Translations under genes and position numbers: made by a program
The notes under the pieces: model-generated
Seen by the model: only the letters and a program-made list of their open reading frames with translations
What the model was told of the DNA's origin: nothing
The model's database searches: none
Source of the DNA: Candidatus Microgenomates bacterium
GTDB taxonomy: Bacteria; Patescibacteriota; JACPGU01
NCBI GenBank assembly: GCA_016188915.1
Contig: JACPGU010000002.1
Span: 158,346-222,345, forward strand
DNA length: 64,000 nt
Reading direction: 5' to 3'
Shown here: piece after piece, positions 1-9,846 of the stretch
Layout of the letters: each line of letters starts with the position of its first letter
Position numbering within the stretch: position 1 is the first letter of the stretch

Positions 1-1018
1 GGGTGACAGGGTCTAATGACCCTTTTATCTGGGGCATTGATGATACTTGAACGTCTATGGACGCATTCAATCTTTTTATACTGGGTAAAAAATATGAATA
101 GCCGATAAGCATCGCCACCTTTCCTTCGGCAAAGGCTTTGATGGGGTCTCCCATGTCTTTGTTCCAGCTATAGCTGGATTTGGCCGGATCGGCAAAATTG
201 GCGTAAAATTCCAAAGCTTCGGTGCCGGGATAGCGAGGGATGCCTTCGGCATCTTTGCGAAATTGGTTAAAATCGTAAGAATTTCTGTCACCGGAAACAA
301 TGGGAGTGCTATTTTGTAGCATTATTGCTAGCAAGACATCACCGGCGCGACCTACATTACCTGCTGTGCCCAGAGCAATGCCCGCTGTCTCTATTTTGGT
401 TGGATCGCCAATGGCTTTTTTGGTTAATATTTTATTGTAAGACAAGACATCTTCCCAGGTAGTTGGTGGCACAGAAATCTCGGCCTTTTTAAATAATTCT
501 TTATTATAAATCAGGGCGAGATTGTCAGTAGCGAAAGGTAGCGCGTAAATTTTATTGTTATCTACGAAATCAGTGTAGGCAGAAGGCGTAATCGTGGCGG
601 CATAATCTTCTAGAGAAATTATATTTTCTGGAGCGGGAGACAATTTATTTTTATGTTTGGGTAGCCAGTCGTTGTGGATTAGGAAAATATCCGGTCCTTG
701 GTCGGAAGCAATAGCATCCACCAATGAAGTTTCGTAATCAGCATAATCTTTTTTGCTGTAAATTATTTCTACGTTGGGATATTTGTAATTAAAAGAATCT
801 ATCAGGGGCTGGATTACTGTTGAGTCATCAAAGAGTCCCCACATCGTCAGCGTAATTTTTTCGTTTTGGTCAAAGCTCCCATCGTCACTGTTCTCATCCC
901 CATTGCCATTCTTTGGAGATTGTTCAGGAGGCTTACCAGAGAAAGCAACAATTAAAACTATCGCCAAAATAATGACGATTAATATTCCTCCGCCGATGAA
1001 CAGTATTTTTTTATTCAT
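1..1018 (-). CDS. ABC transporter substrate-binding protein (extracellular solute-binding protein family 1-like); 3' end runs off the window edge
   Basis: Own reverse-strand translation from ATG at 1018-1016 gives MNKKILFIGGGILIVIILAIVLIVAFSGKPPEQSP (N-terminal anchor). It continues ...TLTMWGLFDDSTVIQPLIDSFNYKYPNVEIIYSKKDYADYETSL...GPDIFLIHNDWLPKH...NKIYALPFATDNLALIYNKELF, typical of a sugar-type SBP. The frame stays open to position 1 with no stop, which is why it is missing from the complete-ORF track. Confidence 0.6.
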   Translation of the reverse strand, partial: MNKKILFIGGGILIVIILAIVLIVAFSGKPPEQSPKNGNGDENSDDGSFDQNEKITLTMWGLFDDSTVIQPLIDSFNYKYPNVEIIYSKKDYADYETSLVDAIASDQGPDIFLIHNDWLPKHKNKLSPAPENIISLEDYAATITPSAYTDFVDNNKIYALPFATDNLALIYNKELFKKAEISVPPTTWEDVLSYNKILTKKAIGDPTKIETAGIALGTAGNVGRAGDVLLAIMLQNSTPIVSGDRNSYDFNQFRKDAEGIPRYPGTEALEFYANFADPAKSSYSWNKDMGDPIKAFAEGKVAMLIGYSYFLPSIKRLNASIDVQVSSMPQIKGSLDPVT

Positions 1019-1030
1019 CTATTTTTGTTT

Positions 1031-1450
1031 TTAGTCTGTGTCTATCTTCAGGGAACGACCACGTTCTTTGTTGGCTTTTGGCACATGAATAGTCAAAACA
1101 CCATCTTTGAGGCTAGCTCTGGCTTTTTCTGAGATAACTTGAACGGGCAAAGACTCTACGCGAGAGAAAGAACCCCAGTAACATTCATGGACGAAAAAAT
1201 TGTCTTTTTCTTCTTTGGATTCTCTTTCTCTTTTGCCGCGAACAGTAATAGAGTCATCGGTCACCACAACGTCCAAATCTTCTTTTTTTACACCGGCAAT
1301 GGGCGCCTTAATGACCAGATCTGTGGCGGTTTGATACATATCAATAGACAGCTGTCCCCCACCGAAATCTTCGTCCCAGCCGTCTCCGGCGATGATCTCG
1401 GTGTTGTCATCATCGTCGGAAAAAAATTTTTCTATCTCTGTTTTTGACAT
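1031..1450 (-). CDS. Hsp20/alpha-crystallin family small heat shock protein
   Basis: 139 aa. It has the alpha-crystallin domain pattern (VIKAPIAGVKKEDLDVVVTDDSITVRGKRE...FSRVESLP...GVLTIHVPK). An AGGAGG-like RBS (aaggagggg) lies upstream. Confidence 0.85.
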   Translation of the reverse strand: MSKTEIEKFFSDDDDNTEIIAGDGWDEDFGGGQLSIDMYQTATDLVIKAPIAGVKKEDLDVVVTDDSITVRGKRERESKEEKDNFFVHECYWGSFSRVESLPVQVISEKARASLKDGVLTIHVPKANKERGRSLKIDTD

Positions 1451-1646
1451 ATCCCCTCCTTGGTTTAGTTAGAAAGTTGATAACTAAAAAAATCTTTTGT
1501 TACTTTAATTATAGACGGGGATGGATTATTCGTAAAGAGATATTTTATTCTAATTTTATTATAATATCTCGAGATTAGACTTTGTTTTTGACGAAAGAGA
1601 CAAATTACAGGCTAAAAGTCTGCTTTTTTTGTAGTATAATAGAGTT

Positions 1647-4600
1647 ATGAAAAAAATACTTTCTTTTCTTATTGCCTTGGTTTTTTTGACTACTTTTTTG
1701 CCTCGTCCGTCTGTGGCTATAGAAAAAGATTTTTTGAAAAACCAAAAAGAAATATCCGGCTCTATTAAAATAGAGCAAACCAGATATCAATCGGAGATTG
1801 TGATTTTGGATTGGGATTTTTCAGGAATCGCTTCTTCTTGGTCCAAGGGCTTCGACGGTGCCGAGATAAATTTTGGCTTGGGGCAGGAAAAAATAGAACG
1901 TTTTATTTCTCCGAAGGCGCTAACCGACGATTTACCAGATCGTTCTGGTCGGCACGATGAAGAAACTTTGGGTGAAATTTTGACGATTCAAAGCGCGCGT
2001 CTTTTTCAGTATAGCCTTTCTTTTTCTAATGATGATATTGGTAAAACATTTTCTTTCCGTTTTGTTTTATTTGATACATTTGGTCCCTCGGCACAAATAG
2101 CGGCTCTCAGCACAGACAATTCTGGTCTCGGTCCTAATATTGTCTCTCGTCAAAATTGGGGAGCCAATGAATCTTATCGGACCTGGGGACCAGAATACGC
2201 GGAGGTCAAAGCCATTGTTATTCATCATACGGCTGGCGAAGAAAAAGCGGCGTTGACGGATCAAGCAGAAGCAGTACGTAATCTTTATTATGGCCATGCC
2301 GTCAGTTATGGTTGGGGCGATGTTGGTTATAATTATATTATAGATATCAATGGCTTAATCTATGAGGGTCGCTATGGTGGCAATAGCGTAGTGGGCGGTC
2401 ATACCTTAGGCTACAATCCCGGTACCATTGGTATCGCCTTAATCGGTGATTATGGTGCACGTAATATAACAGAGGCCCAAACAGGAGCTTTGGCTGACCT
2501 GATCGCTTATTTATCTTTCAAAAATTTTCTTTCACCCGATAGCAAAACTACTCTAAAAGACAAAAATATTAATACGGTGGTAGGACACCAAGATCTTAAC
2601 GCTACTAGCTGCCCGGGTAGTAACGTTTATTCTCAAGTCGGCAGTATCGCTACTCTGTCAGCGGAAAGATTAAAAAATTATCCGGAGCGTTCATACAGAG
2701 GGGAAATAGTTTCTTTTGATCCCAAGATAAATATTTATGGCGGCGATATAGCCAAATTGCATTTGACGGTGAAGAATACTGGCAATGCGACTTGGCTATC
2801 AGAGGGAAATCGCAGATTGAAATTGCAACTATCAAGTAGCAGTTTTTCTGGTGGTCTGGTATCTTTTGGCAAAAGCATAGAGCCTGGGCAGACGGCTACT
2901 TTATCAGCTGATATTTGGGCGCCCTTTGCTAATCAGGCTGCTGATGCTGCCTTTGATTTGATTCAAGACGATCAAATAATTCCTGGTGTTCACGCGGAAT
3001 TTTCTGCCATTATTACAACCCCGTCTTATCGCGCTAAAATTATTGCCAAAAAAGAAAACCAAAACATTCAGCCAGGACAGAGCGTTGTCCTGTGGGCTGA
3101 GATAAAAAATATGGGGATTAATACTTGGAATGGATCGGAAAATTTACGTCTTGTGACCAAGGATGGAGGTAGTAGTGTTTTTTATGCCAGTGGCGATTGG
3201 ACTAATAATAATTCGCCTGGAGGACTAGACCAAACAGGAGTCGCTACCGGACAGGTGGGTAAAATTAGCTTTACGGCGACAGCGCCAGTTTCTCCTGGTC
3301 AGTATAAGGAATGGTTTCGGCTTGTTTCTGATAAAAATTTTGAAGGGATAGATAATCAAATAACAGATTTTCTTTTGGTGGTAGGCGATCAAACAGGACC
3401 CCTATCTTCTCCTGAGCCAAAAATATACAGCAAACAAATTAACGATTATCACTACGAAATAATCAGTCGTTCTGATGCCAATCAGACGCTGCTTTTGGGA
3501 GAAACAAGGACCTTGTCTTTGGAATTGAAAAATACGGGCAACAGTATTTGGTATAGCGATGTTGTGAGACTGGGGACAGTAGCTCCCTATGATCGGCCAA
3601 GTATTTTTGCCGATAGTAGTTGGAGCGGTAAAAATAGAATAGAGCCTACTCTTTACAAAATAGCCCCTGGCAAAACGGCTGTCTGGTCTTTTACTATTAC
3701 CGCTCCGCAAAATAAAGGAGCATGGACAGAAAAAATGGCTCTGGTGGTTGATGGTGTAGGTTGGACTAACGGTGAAATAGTCTGGAATATTACTGTTGCT
3801 CCGCCAACCCATAGCGCTTCTTTGGTTGAGCAAAGCCCCTATATCAAAACTTCTCAAAAAGTAAACGCTCGTCTTGTCGTTAAATTGAAGAACACAGGCA
3901 ACATCACTTGGCAAAAAAATATAGTAAGACTAGGCACCACGGGACCTTATGACCGGCCAAGTATTTTTGCCGATAGTAGCTGGAAGTCGTTCAATCGATT
4001 GGAATTCTTGGAAAGCTCCGTTTCCCCTGGCGGAGTGGCTACTTTTATCATAAATCTTAATACGGACACAGCCCAAGGGATCTTCAGAGAATCTTTTGGC
4101 TTGGTTGCTGATGGAATAGGCTGGTTTGATAACATCGGGTTGTTTTGGTTGGTGGATATCTCCCCGCCCTTTGATGATTTTTCCTATGTCGCGCAAAGTC
4201 CTTTTGTGATGATGTCTTCTGGCGAGACGGCTTCTCTGTGGCTAGAAATCAAAAATACCGGAACGACCACTTGGCAGAAAAATTCTGCCGATTCCGTGCG
4301 TTTGGCTACTACCAGCCCGCGCGATAGAAAGAGTATCTTTTTGTCTAGCAATAGGATCGCCCTTGATAGAGATCGGGTAGTTCCTGGAGAGACTGTCCGT
4401 TTTTCTTTTTCTATTACGGCGCCCGATCAATCAGGTGTCTTCAAGGAATATTTCAGCCCAGTCCATGATGGCGTGGGTTGGCTAAAAGATATTGGTATTT
4501 ATTGGGAAATAAAAGTAGAAAAAGCCCCCCCTCCTTTAGTGACCGAAGGAAAAACGATACAAATATCAGGAACTGACAAATTCGTAGTAGTAGACGGGGT

Positions 4601-5444
4601 AACCCTGAAAACTATTGCCTATGGTGGAAAGAATGATTTGGCTACTGTCAGTTTTACCGATAATATCTACCAGATGTCTTTGAAGGGCTCTAGCTTCTCT
4701 TCCTCTAATTTTTTGCGCTTTGTTCCCCAGGCAACTGGTACTATTTTGTCTTTACCCTCTTATGCCGATCGTCCAGCTTGGAATCCAACCATTAACGACA
4801 ATGCTTTCAAGGGAGTTTTGGAAATTCGCTATACTCCAGTTACCAAAAAACTTTGGGCTATTAATGAATTGTTTATTGAAGATTATTTATCGGGGGTTTC
4901 GGAGCCGCTGGATAGTTTTGATCCGGAATATTTGAAAGTAGCTACTGTCGCGGAAAGGAGCTATGTCTATCATCATTTGCAAAATGGTGGCAAACATCCT
5001 GACGAGTTTTTGACTTTAAAAAATAGCCGCAATGGCAACGGCGATGATCAGATTTATGCTGGCTATAATTTTTCTTTGCGCGCCCCCAATATAGGCAAGG
5101 CGGTTGTCGCCACCAAAGGAGAAGTCGTTGCCTATAATGATCGGCCAGTAATTACTCCATATTTCTCACAAAGCGACGGAAGGACACGATCTGCCAGTGA
5201 AGTTTGGGGTTGGGATCAAGCGAAATATCCTTGGTTGGTAGGTAAAGACGATTCGTCTTGCAAGGGAGGACAACTTTTAGGACATGGCGTGGGAATGTCT
5301 GGTTGTGGTGCCAGGGGCAAGGTGGCTAGCGGAGAAAAGTATCAAAATGTTTTGAATTATTATTATTCCGGTACGGCCATCAAAAAAATAGATGAGACCA
5401 ATCTCAATGTAAAAATAGGTATTTATGCCATTAATTTGCCTTAA
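1647..5444 (+). CDS. Secreted multidomain peptidoglycan hydrolase: N-acetylmuramoyl-L-alanine amidase (amidase_2/PGRP) + 5 NBR1-FW-like Ig repeats + C-terminal SpoIID/LytB domain
   Basis: 1265 aa with an N-terminal signal peptide (MKKILSFLIALVFLTTFLPRPSVA). The amidase_2 motifs are NWGANESYRTWGPEY...IVIHHTAG...GWGDVGYNYIID..GLIYEGRYGG..GGHTLGYNPGTIGIALIGDY...SCPG. Five roughly 120-aa repeats each carry a KNTGxxxW signature (KNTGNATW, KNMGINTW, KNTGNSIW, KNTGNITW, KNTGTTTW), like the NBR1 FW/Ig-like domain. The C-terminus has the SpoIID signature (PYFSQSDGRTRSASEVWGW, GHGVGMSGCGA). Confidence 0.85.
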   Translation: MKKILSFLIALVFLTTFLPRPSVAIEKDFLKNQKEISGSIKIEQTRYQSEIVILDWDFSGIASSWSKGFDGAEINFGLGQEKIERFISPKALTDDLPDRSGRHDEETLGEILTIQSARLFQYSLSFSNDDIGKTFSFRFVLFDTFGPSAQIAALSTDNSGLGPNIVSRQNWGANESYRTWGPEYAEVKAIVIHHTAGEEKAALTDQAEAVRNLYYGHAVSYGWGDVGYNYIIDINGLIYEGRYGGNSVVGGHTLGYNPGTIGIALIGDYGARNITEAQTGALADLIAYLSFKNFLSPDSKTTLKDKNINTVVGHQDLNATSCPGSNVYSQVGSIATLSAERLKNYPERSYRGEIVSFDPKINIYGGDIAKLHLTVKNTGNATWLSEGNRRLKLQLSSSSFSGGLVSFGKSIEPGQTATLSADIWAPFANQAADAAFDLIQDDQIIPGVHAEFSAIITTPSYRAKIIAKKENQNIQPGQSVVLWAEIKNMGINTWNGSENLRLVTKDGGSSVFYASGDWTNNNSPGGLDQTGVATGQVGKISFTATAPVSPGQYKEWFRLVSDKNFEGIDNQITDFLLVVGDQTGPLSSPEPKIYSKQINDYHYEIISRSDANQTLLLGETRTLSLELKNTGNSIWYSDVVRLGTVAPYDRPSIFADSSWSGKNRIEPTLYKIAPGKTAVWSFTITAPQNKGAWTEKMALVVDGVGWTNGEIVWNITVAPPTHSASLVEQSPYIKTSQKVNARLVVKLKNTGNITWQKNIVRLGTTGPYDRPSIFADSSWKSFNRLEFLESSVSPGGVATFIINLNTDTAQGIFRESFGLVADGIGWFDNIGLFWLVDISPPFDDFSYVAQSPFVMMSSGETASLWLEIKNTGTTTWQKNSADSVRLATTSPRDRKSIFLSSNRIALDRDRVVPGETVRFSFSITAPDQSGVFKEYFSPVHDGVGWLKDIGIYWEIKVEKAPPPLVTEGKTIQISGTDKFVVVDGVTLKTIAYGGKNDLATVSFTDNIYQMSLKGSSFSSSNFLRFVPQATGTILSLPSYADRPAWNPTINDNAFKGVLEIRYTPVTKKLWAINELFIEDYLSGVSEPLDSFDPEYLKVATVAERSYVYHHLQNGGKHPDEFLTLKNSRNGNGDDQIYAGYNFSLRAPNIGKAVVATKGEVVAYNDRPVITPYFSQSDGRTRSASEVWGWDQAKYPWLVGKDDSSCKGGQLLGHGVGMSGCGARGKVASGEKYQNVLNYYYSGTAIKKIDETNLNVKIGIYAINLP
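3574..3980 (+). repeat. Intragenic near-identical direct repeat (about 45 nt, 360 nt apart) marking a recent duplication of FW-like domains inside the hydrolase gene
   Basis: ccctatgatcggccaagtatttttgccgatagtagttggag at about 3580-3620 versus ccttatgaccggccaagtatttttgccgatagtagctggaag at about 3940-3980. Both encode PYDRPSIFADSSW. The 360-nt spacing equals one 120-aa domain. Confidence 0.8.
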
Positions 5445-6130
5445 TGGATTTTGTAAAAAGTTTTTTTCTGGATTTATTGTTCCCGCGCCTTTGTTTTGGT
5501 TGTGGCAAAGAAGGGCGCTGGATTTGCTCTCTTTGTTTGCCTAAGGTCAACTGGATAAAATTTCCTTTTTGCCCTAATTGTCGCAAGCTAACAATAAAGG
5601 GTGAATATTGCCAGAGTTGCGCTGGAAAATTTTTTCTTTCCGGTATGATTGTTTGCGCTCGCTACGACGATGCTGTTATCAAGAAAGCCATTCATCATTT
5701 TAAATATGAACATTTTTTTGATATTGGCAGAATTTTGGGTAAAATTTTGGCCGAACGTCTCGCGACAGAAAAAAATAAAGAAGGTTTTTTGATTATACCG
5801 GTGCCATTGCATAATCTAAAAAAAGCGCAAAGAGGCTTTAATCAGGCAGAGATTTTGGCTAAAGTGGTTGCTCTTTCTTCTGACAGACCATATTTGTCGA
5901 ATATTTTGGTGCGTCAAAAATATCGCCGACCACAAATGGAATTGTCCCGCGAAAAAAGACTAGAAAATTTGAAAGGTAGTTTTTGTTGGTTGGGCGGAGA
6001 TCTGAAAAGGGCGGAAGTCATTCTAGTAGATGACGTGGCGACTACGGGAGCGACGCTGGAGGAATGCGCCAAAGTCTTGAAAAAATCTGGCGCCGGAGAG
6101 GTCTGGGGGCTGGTTTTGGCGCATGGCTAG
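5444..6130 (+). CDS. comFC: ComF family protein (ComFC, double zinc-ribbon + phosphoribosyltransferase domain)
   Basis: 228 aa with Cys pairs CFGCG...CSLC and CPNC...CQSC. The C-terminal PRTase motif is EVILVDDVATTGATLEECAKVL. The start overlaps the stop of the upstream hydrolase (TAATG). Confidence 0.8.
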   Translation: MDFVKSFFLDLLFPRLCFGCGKEGRWICSLCLPKVNWIKFPFCPNCRKLTIKGEYCQSCAGKFFLSGMIVCARYDDAVIKKAIHHFKYEHFFDIGRILGKILAERLATEKNKEGFLIIPVPLHNLKKAQRGFNQAEILAKVVALSSDRPYLSNILVRQKYRRPQMELSREKRLENLKGSFCWLGGDLKRAEVILVDDVATTGATLEECAKVLKKSGAGEVWGLVLAHG

Positions 6131-6139
6131 AAACTTCCG

Positions 6140-8401
6140 CTACAGCACAATTATTTTCCAGTATACTCCCCAATCCTCCATCCAAGTAATGCCGTCGGCT
6201 ACAGGGCGGAAATATTCATAGTAGACGCCGATAGTGTTGGGTGCTTTGGCGGTAAAAGTGAATCGGCCGATTTCGCCCGGGGCAACGCTATCCTGCTCTA
6301 ATTTTACGCGATTATTTCCAAGCCAGCCAGAATTGCCGGTGGTATAAAAAGAACTTTTTCTATCCTGAGGATCGCTCGTTCCCAGCTTTACTATACTATT
6401 GGTCCAGGTAGCCGAGCCGGTATTTTTATATTCTACCCAAAATGTTTTAACACTATTGCGGTCAATGATAGGATAAGGACTTTGTCTAATGTATTGGGCG
6501 TGATAAGAAGGCGTGGCGATATTAATTTGCCAGTAGATGCCAATATCTGAAAACCAAGTGATATTTTCAGCGACCAAGGCAAAGTATTCTTTAAAAGAAC
6601 CATAGGAAGAAGGAGCTTCTTTGAGGCTAAATTCAAAATGAGCTAATTCTCCCGGAGCAACCAAGCTCTCCCGCATTTTTATTCTATTGGGAGTAAACCA
6701 GGATGAACTGGCAAAACCGCTCAAACGATCACGCTCTCTGGCGGTGCCTAGATAAACTTTATCTTGTAGCCAATAGGAAGAGCCGGTATTTTTGAAAACC
6801 AATTTCATATCAGCTATTTGCCCAGGAGAAAGATTAACATAGGGGCTTTGTTCTATTATTTCCGCTCGATAAGAATTGGGACTAGGAGAAATACTCAAGC
6901 TGATTGTTTGATTAAATTTCAATTGCTTTGAAGTTTTGTTGCCGGCAGTATCGGTAGCTTCTACCAAAATATTATGCTGCCCAATAGTTGCCGTAGCCAA
7001 TGATTCATTGACGTTGGCGGTTTTTGTGCCGGTAGCAATAGTTTTCCACGCTCCATTGTCTATTTGATAGCGAGCAAGAGAAATATTACTGGTCGGCACA
7101 GTAGTCATTACGACGGTATCTTTATCGTCAATTATCTCGCCAGTTAATTGATTGAGGCCATTACTGTCCTGGACGACGCTGACATTAATGGTGGGAGCGA
7201 TCTTGTCATAAATTAAAGCCCTATAAGCGTCTAATTGGCCATAGCCGTAGTAGGTAGAGTAATAGTTATTATTCATCGCGGATAATTTTTTGGCAGAGAC
7301 AATCAGGCGCTTTTTTAATTGGTCGGGAGAAAGCGAAGAGTCGACAGATAAAATCAGGGCCGCCGCCGCTGTTACTTGCGGAGTAGCAAAGGAAGTGCCG
7401 CGATTATATTGGTAAAGATCGTTACTGTTTTGGCTAGACCAAGCGGTAGAATAAACGGAATCTCCTGGCGCAACCAATGTAGTGCCTTGGCCATAATTGG
7501 AAAAAGAAGCAATCGCGCCGGTGTTGTCTGTCGCGCCCACGCCAATAGCCAAGGGATTACGAGCAGGTGAATCTGGCAAAAGCCATCCCTTATTCCCATT
7601 GGCGGCTACAATTAGTGTTTTTCTGTTATACGCGTAGGATACGGCTGCGTCCAAAATGGCGCTGTCTTCAGGTACACCGAGACTTAGATTGATTACCTTC
7701 GCGCCGTTGTCCACGGCGTAAGTGATGCCTTGGGCGATATCGGAAATCAGACCCTCACCATTTTGCCCCATGGACTTGATAGCCATTATTTTGACCTTGC
7801 TTCCCCCGCTGATACCTATATTATTATTACTGCTAGCGCCAATAATCCCAGAAACAATAGTGCCATGAGAATGGTCGTCCATAGGATCATCATCAAGATT
7901 AACGAAATCATATCCAAATCGGCCATTATTGTCGGTCCACAATCTACTTTGCAAATCTTCGTGCAGGTAATTGATGCCTGTATCAATCACTGCCACAATG
8001 ATATTGTCTGTTCCTTTGTTGATGTCCCAGGCTTTGGTAAAATTTGAGCTAATCCAGTAGTCTTGCAGATTATAATATGGATCATTAGGTATAAAACTCA
8101 AATATGCTGTTTGGTCTTTTTCTTTTGAGATAACATTGGGGTTACTCCTAAGTTTTTTTTCTATTTCCATGCCTCGGTGACGAAAAAAAGATATTTTGTA
8201 GCTATCAAGACTGCCTAATTTTTCTTTTTCTAAAATAGGCAAATCTCGCAATATTTTTTCAGCCGAAAATAAATCTGAAAATTCAATCAAAAGAGATTCT
8301 TTGTCAAAAAGATTTTGATCGGCAAAAACAGGCTGTAGTTCGAAAGACAGCAAAACAAAAAAAACTAGCCAGATCAAATATATTTTTTTTGTTTTAAGCA
8401 T
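6140..8401 (-). CDS. Secreted subtilisin-like serine protease (peptidase S8) with Ig-like middle domain and 2 C-terminal NBR1-FW-like repeats
   Basis: The catalytic triad context is VAVIDTGINYLHEDL (Asp), HGTIVSGIIG (His), GTSFATPQVTAAAAL (Ser). The signal peptide is MLKTKKIYLIWLVFFVLLSFELQPVFA, with the second Met chosen as start so it abuts the upstream gene. The C-terminus carries KNTGSSYW and KNTGSATW repeats homologous to those in the 1647-5444 hydrolase. Confidence 0.85.
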   Translation of the reverse strand: MLKTKKIYLIWLVFFVLLSFELQPVFADQNLFDKESLLIEFSDLFSAEKILRDLPILEKEKLGSLDSYKISFFRHRGMEIEKKLRSNPNVISKEKDQTAYLSFIPNDPYYNLQDYWISSNFTKAWDINKGTDNIIVAVIDTGINYLHEDLQSRLWTDNNGRFGYDFVNLDDDPMDDHSHGTIVSGIIGASSNNNIGISGGSKVKIMAIKSMGQNGEGLISDIAQGITYAVDNGAKVINLSLGVPEDSAILDAAVSYAYNRKTLIVAANGNKGWLLPDSPARNPLAIGVGATDNTGAIASFSNYGQGTTLVAPGDSVYSTAWSSQNSNDLYQYNRGTSFATPQVTAAAALILSVDSSLSPDQLKKRLIVSAKKLSAMNNNYYSTYYGYGQLDAYRALIYDKIAPTINVSVVQDSNGLNQLTGEIIDDKDTVVMTTVPTSNISLARYQIDNGAWKTIATGTKTANVNESLATATIGQHNILVEATDTAGNKTSKQLKFNQTISLSISPSPNSYRAEIIEQSPYVNLSPGQIADMKLVFKNTGSSYWLQDKVYLGTARERDRLSGFASSSWFTPNRIKMRESLVAPGELAHFEFSLKEAPSSYGSFKEYFALVAENITWFSDIGIYWQINIATPSYHAQYIRQSPYPIIDRNSVKTFWVEYKNTGSATWTNSIVKLGTSDPQDRKSSFYTTGNSGWLGNNRVKLEQDSVAPGEIGRFTFTAKAPNTIGVYYEYFRPVADGITWMEDWGVYWKIIVL

Positions 8402-8402
8402 A

Positions 8403-9758
8403 TTAGAGATCAAAAGAATCTTTTTCTTCTGGTATTTCAATAGTCAAGCCCAGCTCTTCCTGAAATCTTTTGCCCAAAGTTTCGGCTGGGATTTGTTCGC
8501 CATGAGTAATAAAAACTTTATGAGGTTTGTGGGTAGTATTACACATAGAGGCTGTCCAATTGAATAATTGATTTTGGTCGCCGTGCGCGCTGTAGCCTTC
8601 AATAGCTCTAATTTCGGCGTTGATAGCTACATCCTCTCCCAAGACCCGGACTTCTTTTTCGCCGTCTTTGATTCTTCTGCCCAAGGTTCCTCTTACTTGA
8701 TAACCGACAAAAAGCATAATCGTAGATGGATCGGAGAGATAATTTCTTTCATGAAAAAGGATTCTTCCGCCAGTGGACATACCAGAGCCAGCGATAACCA
8801 TTTTGGGAGTAGGAACATTCAAAATTTGTTTTGACTCTTCGCTGGTGCGAGACATTGTAAGCCTCGGAAAACGAAAAATATCATCACCGCTTGAAATGAT
8901 ATCTTTTGTCGTTTGATTGAAATACGCCTGATATTTTTTATATATCTCGGTAGCCTTAATGGCCAAAGGGCTATCAATGAAAACAGAAGTATGAGGGATG
9001 CGATTATGCTCCACCAATTCATTAATTTCAAAAAGCAATTCTTGAGTTCTTTCCATGGCAAAAGCCGGGATTAGCAAAACTCCTTTTCTAGTGAAGGTAT
9101 CTTCTATGGCTCTTTCCAGCATCAATTTGCTGTCGGCTTTTTTCTCATGAAGGCGATCTCCGTAAGTGGATTCAGTGACGATATAGTCGGCTATTTTAGG
9201 CGATTCAGTCGCTGCCACAATAGGGGTAGGCGGATTACCTAGGTCGCCAGAAAAAACAATAGATTTACCCTCGCAAGTGATTCGTACAATGGCCGATCCC
9301 AAGATGTGCCCTGCGTCAAAAAATTCCACCATTGCTTCGCCGATAGCAAAGGGTTTGTGATATTCAAAAGTGCGCCAAAGACTAATGGTTTTTTCCAAAT
9401 GTTCTTCTTCCCAGAGCAATGGCGCGCCAGTAGCTTGAAGGTCACTTTTCATGATTTTTAGCTCATCAGCCAAAAAAATATGAGAAAGCTCTTTGGTTGG
9501 TCCGGTAGAGTAAATGGTGCCGTAAAATCCTTCTTTTATTAATTTTGGCACTCGGCCGATATGATCAATGTGCGAATGGGTGATAATGACAGCGTCTACC
9601 TCCGGCACATTATAGGCAAAAGGTTCGTGATTTTTTTTCTCGGCGTCAATATTACCCTGGAAAAGTCCGCAATCTATCATGATTTTTTTCCCGCCCGTCT
9701 CCAAGATGTAATTAGAGCCGGTAACACGTCCCGCGGCTCCAAAAAAAGTAATACGCAT
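8403..9758 (-). CDS. MBL-fold beta-CASP family RNA-metabolising nuclease (COG1236-like)
   Basis: 451 aa. The N-terminal metallo-beta-lactamase motifs are MRITFFGAAGRVTGSNYILETGGKKIMIDCGLFQG ... VIITHSHIDHIG. Length and organisation fit a beta-CASP RNase. Confidence 0.7.
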   Translation of the reverse strand: MRITFFGAAGRVTGSNYILETGGKKIMIDCGLFQGNIDAEKKNHEPFAYNVPEVDAVIITHSHIDHIGRVPKLIKEGFYGTIYSTGPTKELSHIFLADELKIMKSDLQATGAPLLWEEEHLEKTISLWRTFEYHKPFAIGEAMVEFFDAGHILGSAIVRITCEGKSIVFSGDLGNPPTPIVAATESPKIADYIVTESTYGDRLHEKKADSKLMLERAIEDTFTRKGVLLIPAFAMERTQELLFEINELVEHNRIPHTSVFIDSPLAIKATEIYKKYQAYFNQTTKDIISSGDDIFRFPRLTMSRTSEESKQILNVPTPKMVIAGSGMSTGGRILFHERNYLSDPSTIMLFVGYQVRGTLGRRIKDGEKEVRVLGEDVAINAEIRAIEGYSAHGDQNQLFNWTASMCNTTHKPHKVFITHGEQIPAETLGKRFQEELGLTIEIPEEKDSFDL

Positions 9759-9846
9759 AAAATATCTCTATTTTTTGTTGGTGATAAAAAATCCGACTAA
9801 AAAACAGTATATCATAAACGATTTGTTGATATACTGTTTTTTCTAA

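Noticed and set aside
2067-4935. Short ORFs on either strand within the 1647-5444 hydrolase gene (for example 3402..3914 on the minus strand, 4720..4935 on the plus strand)
   Set aside because: They lie entirely inside a long, motif-rich ORF and have no independent signals or recognisable sequence.
7372-8047. Internal or antisense ORFs within the S8 protease gene (7372..7599 and 7376..7570 on opposite strands, 7730..8047)
   Set aside because: They overlap the protease ORF, which carries the catalytic motifs; all three lack motifs of their own.
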